From the IMG/VR virus record IMGVR_UViG_3300017941_000006: a DNA stretch of 64,000 nucleotides; one strand, 5' to 3'. Under the pieces are notes generated by a model. That model had not been told where the DNA came from and did no database searches. It saw nothing but the letters and a program-made list of their open reading frames with translations. The position numbers and the translations under genes are program-made. This stretch comes from an uncultured virus (IMG/VR IMGVR_UViG_3300017941_000006) (taxonomy: Duplodnaviria; Heunggongvirae; Uroviricota; Caudoviricetes). Every line of letters starts with the position of its first letter. The stretch's first letter is position 1. Positions 37,558-47,524 of the stretch are shown here, in pieces.

Positions 37558-38919
37558 GTGAATTTTCCCATAACAAATGCATCATTTAACTTGACCCAGG
37601 GTTGCAATTTGAATTGTTCCTATTGCTTTTCTTCTGGAAAGACAGCAAAGAGAATGCCCTTTGATGTAGCAAGACGGGGCGTGGACTTTCTTTTCCGGAA
37701 TGTTAGGGAGGCTGACATTACCGATCTTGCTCAAGGAAAGCGTCGGATCGAAGTAAGTTTTTGGGGAGGAGAACCACTTCTTGAGTGGAAACTTCTTAAA
37801 GAAGTTGTTCTTTATGCCGAGCAAAGAAGATATGATATAGGGGTTATGTTTGGGGGAACAACTAACGGAGTTCTTTTAACTGAAGATAAGTTCTCTTTTC
37901 TTGATGAACATAAAATTTACTTCATGGTTAGTCTCGATGGAACTCAGGAGACACATGATAAATTTAGAAAGATGCAAGGTGGGCTCGGATCTCAAGCAAT
38001 AATAATGAGAAACATGGAAAAGGTCATAAGAAAGTGGCCTTTTTATAAAGTTAGAATGTCTCCTTATGCGGAAGGCATTCACAGATTCTATCAAGATGTA
38101 AAGTACCTTGTAGATCATGGTATGTTTAACATAATGTTTAGTCCGGTTTATGAATCAGGCTGGACTGAAAGACATTGGAAAATCTGGGAGGCTGAATGTA
38201 TTAAGGTAGTTGATCTTATTGCTGAAAAGCGGGCCAAAGGAGTAAGAGTAGAGATTGAACATTTTAAATCTTACATGCAGGTTGATCGGTCTAATTGGCC
38301 GTGTGGAGCTGGGAGATTTTATGTTGGCATTGATGTTGACGGAGCTATTTATCCCTGCCATCGCTTTAATAAATTTAGTGATACTCGATCATGGAAGGAT
38401 AAAGAGGTATGTATAGGACACGTAGACCACGGCATAACAAGACCCGAATTCAGACAAAAGTTTACAGACTTTTCCCCTCTTTCAGGGTGTGAGTCTTGCG
38501 AGCTTTTTCTTAGCACTCCATGTCATGGGGGATGCTATGCTGTAAATTTTGATTTTAACCAGGATATTCAAAAAGCTCCTAAAGATTTATGTCGTTATGT
38601 CAAAATGCAAAAGATTGTTTCCGAATATTATAAGGAAAAGGTAGGTTTTGAAAAGCTGCCTGGGTCAAGACCTTGTGTTTGTCATAACATGTGTTATTTA
38701 GAAAATACACCAGACGAAGTAAAAGACATAGATGCTTCAGGCGTTCAATGCCAATGTAATTTTGCAAATTACATGGGGGCACTCAATTCTTCATTAGCGA
38801 GACCTCTTCAAATTAAACAGATAACATCACAGCAAGTTATGGAACTTCTAACAAAGATAGATAAAAGATTAGGGAAAGTTGAAGAGTACATTGTTTTAAA
38901 AGAGGGAAACAAGACATAA
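37558..38919 (+). CDS. radical SAM/SPASM protein (anSME/peptide-maturase-like)
   Basis: CNLNCSYC, FWGGEPLL, TTNG, SLDG...HDKFR, CGAG...GAIYPCH, CESC.....CHGGC...C; extra Cys-rich C-terminus. Confidence 0.9.
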   Translation: MNFPITNASFNLTQGCNLNCSYCFSSGKTAKRMPFDVARRGVDFLFRNVREADITDLAQGKRRIEVSFWGGEPLLEWKLLKEVVLYAEQRRYDIGVMFGGTTNGVLLTEDKFSFLDEHKIYFMVSLDGTQETHDKFRKMQGGLGSQAIIMRNMEKVIRKWPFYKVRMSPYAEGIHRFYQDVKYLVDHGMFNIMFSPVYESGWTERHWKIWEAECIKVVDLIAEKRAKGVRVEIEHFKSYMQVDRSNWPCGAGRFYVGIDVDGAIYPCHRFNKFSDTRSWKDKEVCIGHVDHGITRPEFRQKFTDFSPLSGCESCELFLSTPCHGGCYAVNFDFNQDIQKAPKDLCRYVKMQKIVSEYYKEKVGFEKLPGSRPCVCHNMCYLENTPDEVKDIDASGVQCQCNFANYMGALNSSLARPLQIKQITSQQVMELLTKIDKRLGKVEEYIVLKEGNKT

Positions 38920-38944
38920 GTTGTGCAAACTTATATAAATTAAT

Positions 38945-39448
38945 ATGAGGGATGTTGAGATGCCTAATGACAAAAAGGTTTTTCTACCATTCTATTACAC
39001 AGGGTACACTACCCTCTATGCAAGAGTTCTTCAAGTAGCAACGGGATGGTTTTTGGATAATGCGGGTTCTCCTCCTGGAATCTTTAGGCTAAGTCCAACT
39101 GATTCAAATATTCCCTTGTCAGAATATAGTGCACTACCCTCTATTTACCTTTTTATAGAGAATAGAAGTGTGTGGCCTAACGGGGAGTATAACGTTTTTG
39201 GTTATGATCCTGGCTCTGGTCTATTCGCTGGGGGCCCCTTATTTATTTTGGATGACGAAGAGGTTTCTCAGTCCGATCTTTTAGAATTCATGCAACTCAT
39301 TAAGAAAATCGAAAGCGGAAATTGGCAGCTGGCTGATAATCAATGGATTTACAAAGATGAATATGATAACGAGCTAATGCGTTTCAATGTTTTTGATGCA
39401 AGCGGAAGCCCCTCCACGTTTAATATTTTTAAGAGGATTAGAGTCTAA
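38945..39448 (+). CDS. hypothetical virion protein
   Basis: 167 aa, preceded by the TTATATA motif. Confidence 0.6.
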   Translation: MRDVEMPNDKKVFLPFYYTGYTTLYARVLQVATGWFLDNAGSPPGIFRLSPTDSNIPLSEYSALPSIYLFIENRSVWPNGEYNVFGYDPGSGLFAGGPLFILDDEEVSQSDLLEFMQLIKKIESGNWQLADNQWIYKDEYDNELMRFNVFDASGSPSTFNIFKRIRV

Positions 39449-39594
39449 TGAGTGTAATTGTTAAGGGGTTTGGTTACCGGCAAACTGTTCTTGCTAAAGG
39501 ATTTACTGCCCTGTGGCCGGAAATTGTCACAAAGGTTTTACATGTCATGAGTTTAGTAAACAATTTACTGTCACTTAAAAGCTTAAGAAAATAG
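39448..39594 (+). CDS. 48-aa hypothetical protein (not in the ORF track)
   Basis: MSVIVKGFG...KGF; TAATG overlap. Confidence 0.45.
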   Translation: MSVIVKGFGYRQTVLAKGFTALWPEIVTKVLHVMSLVNNLLSLKSLRK

Positions 39595-39607
39595 AAGGGA
39601 GACTTCG

Positions 39608-39892
39608 ATGAACCTCGCAAAAGAAATATGGGCCCTTGAATTGGGTATTATGAAGAATCAGTTGAAGATCGGAGAATTTCGGTTTGGCGGAAAAGATAAC
39701 GATTCATTCAAGTATTTTAAGGAACAGACGATGGATCACTTTTACGAAGCAACGAAGAAATTTTTCATTCAGAATTCCGGCCAAGGTGGAATCTTTGAAA
39801 GATGTAGTTGTTCGGCTAACTTAAGACACGGTTGGGATATAAATTGCTCGGATTGCTCTGGAAGTGGATTCAGAGATAAAAAGTCTGATTAA
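39608..39892 (+). CDS. hypothetical protein with C-terminal Cys cluster
   Basis: CSC...CSDCSGSG. Confidence 0.6.
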   Translation: MNLAKEIWALELGIMKNQLKIGEFRFGGKDNDSFKYFKEQTMDHFYEATKKFFIQNSGQGGIFERCSCSANLRHGWDINCSDCSGSGFRDKKSD

Positions 39893-39903
39893 AAGGAGTA
39901 ATT

Positions 39904-40278
39904 ATGGCAGCACGTTATGATCTTATGATTGAACAAGGGGCTACCTTCCCTTTACCTCTTGCTATACAAAATCCAGATGGAACTCCTTTTGATTTAACTC
40001 ATTGGATAGGAACAGCTCAGATACGAAAATTTCATCATTCTGATGATGTCATAAAAGATTTTACAGTAAGTATTCCTGGCGTTCCTCCTGATCCGACTGC
40101 TGGGCTTATACAGTTGGTCTTAACGGATGAAGATACAGGCAGTATTCTTGCAGGCGAAAACATTGCTGATCCAAGAAGTCAATATGTTTGGGACTTTATT
40201 ATAACAAATACGTTGACTACTGAGGTTAAAAGGTTGTTGGAAGGTTTCGTAATTATCAGTCCAAGGGTTACAAGATAA
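39904..40278 (+). CDS. fibre-attachment/adaptor-like virion protein
   Basis: IEQGATF...DLT....AQIRK...YVWD...LLEG....SPRVT, a pattern typically found before fibre genes. Confidence 0.6.
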   Translation: MAARYDLMIEQGATFPLPLAIQNPDGTPFDLTHWIGTAQIRKFHHSDDVIKDFTVSIPGVPPDPTAGLIQLVLTDEDTGSILAGENIADPRSQYVWDFIITNTLTTEVKRLLEGFVIISPRVTR

Positions 40279-42860
40279 TGGATGATCTTATCACTTTAGT
40301 TGTTCAAGAAGAAAATGTTCTTATTCAAATAACTCCTCCTGTTGAGTATCCTATAACTATCGGAGGATGGGGGGCTATGGGCTACTCCGGGTATTCTGGC
40401 TATGACGCCAGGGCTGGTTATACAGGCGTCTCTGGTTACTCTGGATATGATGCCAGGGCGGGTTACTCGGGGGACTCGGGAGAAAGTGGATACTCTGGAA
40501 TAGGAACTTCCGGCTATTCTGGGATTTCAGGACTTTCTGGGTACTCAAGTGACTCTGGTTACTCAGGTTACTCAAGTGTTTCTGGGTACTCTGGAAAGTC
40601 AGGTTACTCAGGTTACTCTGGAATCGGAACTTCAGGCTATTCTGGGATCGGAACCTCTGGATATTCCGGACAGAGTTTTGTCGGATCGTCTGGTTACTCT
40701 GGATATTCAAGTGACTCTGGTTACTCTGGGAAGTCAGGGTACTCAGGTTTTGTGAATGTAGCAGAATCATTAAGAGCCTATGCTACTACAGCACAGACTG
40801 TTAAAAAACTAATTTGGACTAAAGTAACTATTGATACAGTTTCATTTGGTCCTGTAGATTTTGTTGACGCTACTCACCACAGGATACAACCTACCATAGC
40901 CGGATATTATCAAATAAATGGACAAGTGACTTTTAATCCCGAGATTACAGGCAATACCATCATTGCTTTGTTTAAAGGACAGGCCGGTACTTGGGATGTC
41001 GTTCAAGGTTCAGATAATAATTATTATGTTTGTATCAAGGATCATACATCAAGCTCTGATAATGAACCAATAACAGGTCCGGAGTGGGCTTCTTACTGGG
41101 TGACCGCCGATGCTGGAGATACCGGAAGTGCTTGGCAATCTGGTGTAAGTTATATAGGCAATCCCGTTGTATACTCAAGGGGTATGCAGTTGTCTACCAG
41201 CGTTAACGGCTTGAATGTGTCAGATATTATTCACTGTAATGGAACCACGGATTATATAGAGCTTTGGATTTATCAGGGTTCGGATAGTGATACATATCTT
41301 TATGTTGGTTATCCAGAGTGTAACTTTTTATCATTAGGCGGTGTAGCAAGTCAAGGTTACTCTGGATTTTCAGGTTATTCAAGCACTTCAGGATACTCTG
41401 GGATTTCAGGCTATTCATCTTCAGTAATTGGTACATCAGGATACTCTGGGATTGGGACATCAGGATACTCTGGGATTGGAATATCTGGATACTCTGGGAT
41501 TGGAATATCTGGTTACTCTGGGAAGTTAGGGATTAGCGGTTACTCCGGTTACTCCGGTCTCTCAGGTTACTCAAGCGTTTCTGGGTACTCTGGAAAGTCG
41601 GGATACTCTGGAAAGTCAGGCTATTCCGGAATTGGGACTTCGGGTTACTCTGGGATTTCAGGATATTCAAGCACTTCAGGATACTCAGGGAAGTCTGGAT
41701 ATTCATCTTCAGTAGCTGGCATTTCAGGTTACTCAGGAATCGGAACTTCTGGATACTCTGGGATTTCAGGATATTCATCTTCAGTAGCTGGGACATCAGG
41801 TTACTCTGGAATAGGAACATCAGGTTACTCTGGAATAGGAACCTCAGGATACTCTGGGATTAGTGGGGCAACCGGAGCTAACTATGTTCATACACAATCC
41901 AGTCCTTCAGACACATGGATTGTTACACATAATCTTGGTCAGCAAGAAGTTCTTGTTGAGGTTTTCGATTTTGCCAATGCTCAAACAATTCCATCAACAG
42001 TGATATGGGATAGCTCAACTCAATGCACACTTACTTTTGAATCTGCTATAACAGGAAAAGCAGTTGTAACAAGCGGTGGAGGAACAAGTGGTTATAGTGG
42101 ATATTCATCTTCAGTAATTGGTATTTCAGGTTACTCTGGGATCGGAACATCAGGATACTCTGGTAGATCAGGTTATTCTGGAATTGGAACTTCAGGGTAC
42201 TCAGGGTTAGGCACTTCAGGCTATTCTGGGATTGGAACATCTGGTTACTCTGGAATCGGAACATCTGGTTATTCCGGAATTAGTGGTACAGATGCCCAAG
42301 CAGGATATTCAGGCCCAAGTGGTTACTCTGGTACTTCTGGAACGTCAGGTTATTCAGGGCTTTCAGGATACTCAAGCACTTCAGGCTACTCAGGGAAGTC
42401 AGGTTACTCTGGATACTCTGGGCTTTCAGGATACTCGAGTGCTTCAGGATACTCTGGTAAATCAGGCTATTCAGGAGTTGGGACTTCAGGTTACTCTGGT
42501 TCCGGTAGTATTCCGGGAGGTTCTGATGGGCAACTCCAATATAACAACGGTAGTGTGTTCGGAGGGATGCAATTTGCAACTTTCGATGATATAGCTGGAG
42601 TTTTAAGCATAAGTTACAATACTGAATTTCATGGTGGTTTTACAATTATTGATGGAACACTTAAAGTAGGTTACGATGTCCCTGGAAATTTATGGATTAT
42701 GGGAGGGCCAGATGGGACAGTAAATCTTAAATACAATTTGTTTACAGGTTCAAGTTTGCAAACTGCAAATTTACAATATATTCTTCCAGCAGCCCAAGCT
42801 GTTGGAATCTGTTATCTCAGAAATGATGGAACAGGGAAGCTTAGTTGGGTGCCCGTATAA
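40278..42860 (+). CDS. collagen-like (SGYSGX)n fibre protein 2 with C1q-like and CBM-like domains
   Basis: Three SGY tracts; RIQPTIAGYYQINGQV...DYIELW (C1q/BclA-CTD-like); YYVCIKDHTS..WASYW; YVHTQS..TW.VTHNLG. Confidence 0.78.
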   Translation: MDDLITLVVQEENVLIQITPPVEYPITIGGWGAMGYSGYSGYDARAGYTGVSGYSGYDARAGYSGDSGESGYSGIGTSGYSGISGLSGYSSDSGYSGYSSVSGYSGKSGYSGYSGIGTSGYSGIGTSGYSGQSFVGSSGYSGYSSDSGYSGKSGYSGFVNVAESLRAYATTAQTVKKLIWTKVTIDTVSFGPVDFVDATHHRIQPTIAGYYQINGQVTFNPEITGNTIIALFKGQAGTWDVVQGSDNNYYVCIKDHTSSSDNEPITGPEWASYWVTADAGDTGSAWQSGVSYIGNPVVYSRGMQLSTSVNGLNVSDIIHCNGTTDYIELWIYQGSDSDTYLYVGYPECNFLSLGGVASQGYSGFSGYSSTSGYSGISGYSSSVIGTSGYSGIGTSGYSGIGISGYSGIGISGYSGKLGISGYSGYSGLSGYSSVSGYSGKSGYSGKSGYSGIGTSGYSGISGYSSTSGYSGKSGYSSSVAGISGYSGIGTSGYSGISGYSSSVAGTSGYSGIGTSGYSGIGTSGYSGISGATGANYVHTQSSPSDTWIVTHNLGQQEVLVEVFDFANAQTIPSTVIWDSSTQCTLTFESAITGKAVVTSGGGTSGYSGYSSSVIGISGYSGIGTSGYSGRSGYSGIGTSGYSGLGTSGYSGIGTSGYSGIGTSGYSGISGTDAQAGYSGPSGYSGTSGTSGYSGLSGYSSTSGYSGKSGYSGYSGLSGYSSASGYSGKSGYSGVGTSGYSGSGSIPGGSDGQLQYNNGSVFGGMQFATFDDIAGVLSISYNTEFHGGFTIIDGTLKVGYDVPGNLWIMGGPDGTVNLKYNLFTGSSLQTANLQYILPAAQAVGICYLRNDGTGKLSWVPV

Positions 42861-42869
42861 GAGGTAAAC

Positions 42870-43220
42870 ATGAAAATTAAGAGAGGCAAGGTCATGAAAA
42901 TTAATCTGAATCAAGTTATAAAAAAGCCGAAGAAAACACACAAGGAAAAAGATGATCCGTTTCTCAAGCCGGGCTCAACAGAACCATTTTGCCTAAGAGA
43001 TGCTATTATTCAAGCATTATTATCTTGGGATCCAAATGATCGAAGTGTAACGGGAGATGATAAAGATAAACAGTTTAAACTATATAGGAAGGTTTTAGAC
43101 AATCCAGATGAGGTAGATTTTACTTCTGAGGAGATAGTAAGACTCAAAGAATTAATTGGAAAGGGATACGGGCCTTTGATAGTGGGGCAGACCTGGGAGA
43201 TGTTAGAGGGTAAAGAATGA
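42870..43220 (+). CDS. hypothetical protein (possible fibre chaperone)
   Basis: Lies between fibre genes; EVDFTSEEIVRLKELIGK.YGPLIVGQ. Confidence 0.55.
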   Translation: MKIKRGKVMKINLNQVIKKPKKTHKEKDDPFLKPGSTEPFCLRDAIIQALLSWDPNDRSVTGDDKDKQFKLYRKVLDNPDEVDFTSEEIVRLKELIGKGYGPLIVGQTWEMLEGKE

Positions 43221-44161
43221 AAATACATCGTCCTGTAATAACTGATTACAGTAATGCTCAGCATACGCATGAAACAGAAGATCAAGGCGGGCCGATATGG
43301 CCGGGATATTCTGGTTATTCCGGAGATAGCGGCTACTCTGGTTATTCTGGAATAGGTTACTCTGGTGCAGATGGAGCATCTGGATACTCAGGAGTAGGTT
43401 ACTCTGGTGCAGATGGAGCATCTGGATATTCCGGACAGAGTTTTGTCGGATCGTCTGGTTATTCAGGGTATTCAAGTGATTCGGGTTACTCTGGTCTTTC
43501 AGGATATTCAAGTTCTTCTGGGTACTCTGGGTACTCTGGTATAGGAACTTCAGGATACTCTGGGATAGGAACATCCGGATATTCAAGTAACTCTGGTTAC
43601 TCTGGTCTTTCAGGCTATTCAAGTGCTTCTGGGTACTCGGGATATAGCGGAACGAAGCCATCTGGTCAGATATTCCTAACTGCTGCCGGTGGATGGCCTT
43701 CAACAACACTTGGTTGCAAACCGAATGCTTTGTATGAGTCAGGGACATACAAGGAAAATGTATATACTTTAGATTTCGTAGATGGGTCTACCACTTATGC
43801 CGAGTGGACAGTTGCTATGCCGTCCGATTGGGATGGATTAACCGTGACTGCTGTATTTTACTGGATGGCTAATGATACTACAGCCAATGCCGTTGTTTGG
43901 GGTATACAAGGCGTATCCTATGGAGATGGAGATGCTTTAGATGTTACTTTTGGGACTGTCATTAATGTTACAGACGCTAATGCATCCACAGCATACCAAA
44001 TTAGAATAAGTGCAGCAACCGGAGCTGTAACAATAGGTGGAACTCCCGCAGCAGGAAAATTGGTTCAGTTTAGGGTTGAACGTGCTGGAGGGGATGGCAA
44101 CGATTCATTGACCGTAGATGCCAAGTTAATAGGTGTCATGATTACTTTTACGAGATCATAA
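43217..44161 (+). CDS. collagen-like (SGYSGX)n fibre protein 3
   Basis: About 115-aa SGY tract plus a beta-rich C-terminal domain (MPSDWDG). Confidence 0.75.
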   Translation: MKIHRPVITDYSNAQHTHETEDQGGPIWPGYSGYSGDSGYSGYSGIGYSGADGASGYSGVGYSGADGASGYSGQSFVGSSGYSGYSSDSGYSGLSGYSSSSGYSGYSGIGTSGYSGIGTSGYSSNSGYSGLSGYSSASGYSGYSGTKPSGQIFLTAAGGWPSTTLGCKPNALYESGTYKENVYTLDFVDGSTTYAEWTVAMPSDWDGLTVTAVFYWMANDTTANAVVWGIQGVSYGDGDALDVTFGTVINVTDANASTAYQIRISAATGAVTIGGTPAAGKLVQFRVERAGGDGNDSLTVDAKLIGVMITFTRS

Positions 44162-44163
44162 CT

Positions 44164-44703
44164 ATGTCTCTTCAAGGGCCAAATAGTGGAACCACATTTG
44201 TTAATGACTCGGGTGTTGGGTCTTATGATTGGTCAAATCCAGGAAATGCCCAATATTCTGATGATATATATGCAGTTGCTACTGGTAATGGTGATTCTCA
44301 TTATTTAAAGGCAACTGGATTCGGTTTTTCAATTCCTGTTGAAGCTAAGATAACTGGTATTGTGGTTGAGGTTGAAGGCCATATTGCCATCGGATGGCCC
44401 ACCAACCCTGACAACCTTGATTATATCAGACTGGTAAAGGGTGGAACTATACAGGGAACAAATGTTCGCAACACTTCATACTGGACACTCACCGACCAAT
44501 ATTTTAGTCAAGGCGGTTATACTAATTTATGGGGGTTGACTTTAACTCCAGCCGATGTTAATGCATCGAATTTTGGTGTCGCAGTGAGTATATCGATATA
44601 TGAAAACGATACAGCATACCTTGACCATATAAGGATGACAGTTTACTATAAACCTATTGCCCGTCACGGTTATGTTAACTTTCAAAACCCTGGGATAGCA
44701 TAA
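44164..44703 (+). CDS. hypothetical beta-sandwich virion protein
   Basis: WSNPGNA, FGFSIP..A.ITGI.VE, LWG..LTPADVN. Confidence 0.6.
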   Translation: MSLQGPNSGTTFVNDSGVGSYDWSNPGNAQYSDDIYAVATGNGDSHYLKATGFGFSIPVEAKITGIVVEVEGHIAIGWPTNPDNLDYIRLVKGGTIQGTNVRNTSYWTLTDQYFSQGGYTNLWGLTLTPADVNASNFGVAVSISIYENDTAYLDHIRMTVYYKPIARHGYVNFQNPGIA

Positions 44704-44714
44704 AGAGAGGAACT

Positions 44715-46043
44715 ATGAGAACAATTAAAATCCCATTTCCTGATATATCTTTCTATGAAAAGACAAGACTTGCTGGGAAAGACGCAAGACAAATCACAAT
44801 CAATAAAGGACAGTCAGAACTTATTTTTAGAAATCCGGCTGGATTCTCTGCTAACGATTATTTTGTTATAGAAGCTTTTGAAGGAGAGGACGCCGAAATT
44901 TGTCAGATTCATCAGTTAGATAAAGAATCCCATGTAATAGATTTGGAAGACCAGATATATCAAGACCATGACGTTGGTGTTATTATGACTCGAACCCCCT
45001 TTAACAAAGTCAAGGTTTTTAAAGGATCAGTGATGGATGATATGACTACTCATACCGAGATTGCCGGAAGTCCATTTGATCTAAGACCTGACAATGCCTA
45101 TACATTTATTGTTGATCCGGATGGGGTTTCTGCTGATTATTATTCTTATCGGTATTTGAATTCTTACTTGTTTAGTATAGGTGCAGGAACTCCTGTAGTC
45201 TATCCGAGTGGGACTTATGGAACTCAAACTCCCTACGGAGAATCGGATTACGAATCTATGCTAACAGTCAGACAACTCAAGGAGTGGTTCATGTTTGGGT
45301 TAGATTTGACAGATGATGATGGCTATCCTTTCCCTAACACGATGCTTGAGTTTGCGATTAGAGCAGCGGTCGATAGTCTTGAAAAGACCTTAAACATTAT
45401 GCTTAAACCCACTATAATCCTCCAAGAATTTCAAGATTTCCATGCTCAGGATTATCGAGATTTTGCCTTTCTCCAACTTAGTCATTGGCCTGTACTTAGT
45501 GTGGAGCAGATTGCTGTTTGGTATCCTACTGCTCAAGCTCCTGTAATATTCCCACTTGAATGGGTTCAACTACGAGCAGAGCATGGTCAAATTCACTTAG
45601 TTCCGACATCAGGTTCTTTAAGTACAATCTTGTTAGGAAAAGGTGGAGATTATCTAACTTTCGTATGGAGAGGATTTGATTTCATGCCGAATCTTTGGCG
45701 AATAGACTATACAGCAGGGATGACAACTCGTGATACTTATGTAAATTCTGCTGGTGTTATTAAAGCTTCGCCCGCAGGAAGTAAAATTCCAGCAGATATT
45801 TTAGGGGTCATTGGAAAGATGGCATGCTTCTATCCTTTGAACATTGCCGGTGATTTAGTTGGAGGTATTGCGATTGCAAGTAAGAGCATCGGAGTTGATG
45901 GGTTAAGTCAATCCATAAACACCACATCAAGCCCGGAAAATGCTGGTTATTCAGCGAGATTAAGACAATATGAACGGGAGCTGAAGATTGAAATCCCCAG
46001 ACTTAAAGCGTTTTATGCGGGATTGCAAATGGCAGTTATGTAA
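44715..46043 (+). CDS. head-tail adaptor/neck protein (N-terminally extended)
   Basis: MFGLDL.DDDG, IASKSIGVDGLSQSINTT.S.ENAGYSAR (SPO1-like adaptor pattern). Confidence 0.75.
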   Translation: MRTIKIPFPDISFYEKTRLAGKDARQITINKGQSELIFRNPAGFSANDYFVIEAFEGEDAEICQIHQLDKESHVIDLEDQIYQDHDVGVIMTRTPFNKVKVFKGSVMDDMTTHTEIAGSPFDLRPDNAYTFIVDPDGVSADYYSYRYLNSYLFSIGAGTPVVYPSGTYGTQTPYGESDYESMLTVRQLKEWFMFGLDLTDDDGYPFPNTMLEFAIRAAVDSLEKTLNIMLKPTIILQEFQDFHAQDYRDFAFLQLSHWPVLSVEQIAVWYPTAQAPVIFPLEWVQLRAEHGQIHLVPTSGSLSTILLGKGGDYLTFVWRGFDFMPNLWRIDYTAGMTTRDTYVNSAGVIKASPAGSKIPADILGVIGKMACFYPLNIAGDLVGGIAIASKSIGVDGLSQSINTTSSPENAGYSARLRQYERELKIEIPRLKAFYAGLQMAVM

Positions 46044-46062
46044 TTGAAAGGGAATTGAATAG

Positions 46063-46761
46063 ATGGCCTGGACACGACAAAGAACAGATTTTAAGATTGA
46101 TGAATTCATGCGAATCATCGTCCAGAAAGGGATGATCGTAACTTGGGAATCTGCATCTGATTGTCCTTGTATTAAAATAAACAGCGCTGGTCAGCCAGAT
46201 TTTAATTGTTCTTTATGCAAAGGAAAAGGAAGATATTGGTACAACCCAACTTTTATCCAGGGAATCATGACTAATATCAATACACAACTCAGATATGAGA
46301 ACCCAGGAGAGATTATAGCTGGGACAAATTATTTTACTACCCTTCCTAATTATCAATTAGGATTTTGGGATCGCATTACAAATGAACATAGCACTATCCG
46401 ATTTTCACAGATAATCGAGAAGGGAGACCCAGGTGGAAAAGACCCTTTAAGATTTCTTCCTTTAGAAGTTCTCTCACTTCGAACTGTTAGCACAGTATAT
46501 ACTGTAAATATTGATTTTGAAGTTGACCCTGAAGGATATATAAATTGGATACCTACCGGACTCGAGCCTAATCGTGGAGAACGTTATTCTGTGGATTACG
46601 TTATGCATCCACGATGGATTGTTATAGATTTAATTAATGTTCTTAGGGATACTTACGTTAAGGCGAAGAAACCTGGAATAACTTTTCAACCGTTACCCGT
46701 TAGAGCTCTTATACGTCTGGAATTTTATGTGGATTTTAAATCCGGGAGCATCCAAACCTAA
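46063..46761 (+). CDS. head closure/neck protein
   Basis: WESA..CPC...PDFNCSLCKGKG; synteny. Confidence 0.7.
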   Translation: MAWTRQRTDFKIDEFMRIIVQKGMIVTWESASDCPCIKINSAGQPDFNCSLCKGKGRYWYNPTFIQGIMTNINTQLRYENPGEIIAGTNYFTTLPNYQLGFWDRITNEHSTIRFSQIIEKGDPGGKDPLRFLPLEVLSLRTVSTVYTVNIDFEVDPEGYINWIPTGLEPNRGERYSVDYVMHPRWIVIDLINVLRDTYVKAKKPGITFQPLPVRALIRLEFYVDFKSGSIQT

Positions 46762-47522
46762 TGCCGATCAAATGGAATGTTTCAATTCAAACACGTGGAG
46801 CTTTACCTAATTTACGGGGTGCTGCAAAGGAGTTATTAATTATCGCAGCGGATGCAGCAAGATGTGAATGGGTCAAGGCTGCCAGGGATAGACTTCGATC
46901 TACGGCAAGAGTTTATGTTAGTGCCATAAGCGAGCCTGTAATAAAGGGCGGAACAGCAACTATTAAACTCAGAGGTTGGCTTCCTAACGCCTTAGAAGAA
47001 GGATGTCCACCTTTTGATATGAAAAAGGGATTACTTAAAGGGCCTCACGCTAAGAGAGATAAAAGAGGCAGGCCTTACAACATTGTCCCCATTCCTGTGA
47101 AAAGTTTTGGCTCTATTGGGGCTACCCCTCCTGTTATGCCACGACCGATCTATAAACTGGCCTCCCAGTTGAAATTCGGAGAAAGTTTATCTTTACCAAA
47201 AAAATATGAAAACTATTCCATACGTACAAGATTTTCACCGGATATAAGAAAGTGGGGTAGTTATACTTGGAAGTCTTCTCCTTTTCAGAACGTGACTCGT
47301 ATCTCAAAGTTCTCTGGTGATCCGATGTCTCGATCGATTGCTACCGGAGGGCCCCGAGCAACAAGAAAGCCAGGTTATGTGTCTTTTAGGATGGTGTCAA
47401 AAAATAGCGACCCAAATAGCTGGATACATCCTGGTTTTAGAAGGCATGATATTATGGAACGTGCCGTTGAAAATTATGAGAGGATAGTCCCTGACATTTT
47501 AAATAAAGTATTAGGAGCTTAG
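46761..47522 (+). CDS. neck/tail completion protein
   Basis: LEEGCPPFDMK, YVSFRMVSKNSDPNSWIHPG. Confidence 0.7.
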   Translation: MPIKWNVSIQTRGALPNLRGAAKELLIIAADAARCEWVKAARDRLRSTARVYVSAISEPVIKGGTATIKLRGWLPNALEEGCPPFDMKKGLLKGPHAKRDKRGRPYNIVPIPVKSFGSIGATPPVMPRPIYKLASQLKFGESLSLPKKYENYSIRTRFSPDIRKWGSYTWKSSPFQNVTRISKFSGDPMSRSIATGGPRATRKPGYVSFRMVSKNSDPNSWIHPGFRRHDIMERAVENYERIVPDILNKVLGA

Positions 47523-47524
47523 CC

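Noticed and set aside
33285..43748. Minus-strand and alternate-frame ORFs over the SGY tracts (e.g. 33285-33968, 34281-34919, 40375-40770, 43203-43748)
   Set aside because: Shadow frames produced by the periodic repeat; low complexity and opposite to the operon direction
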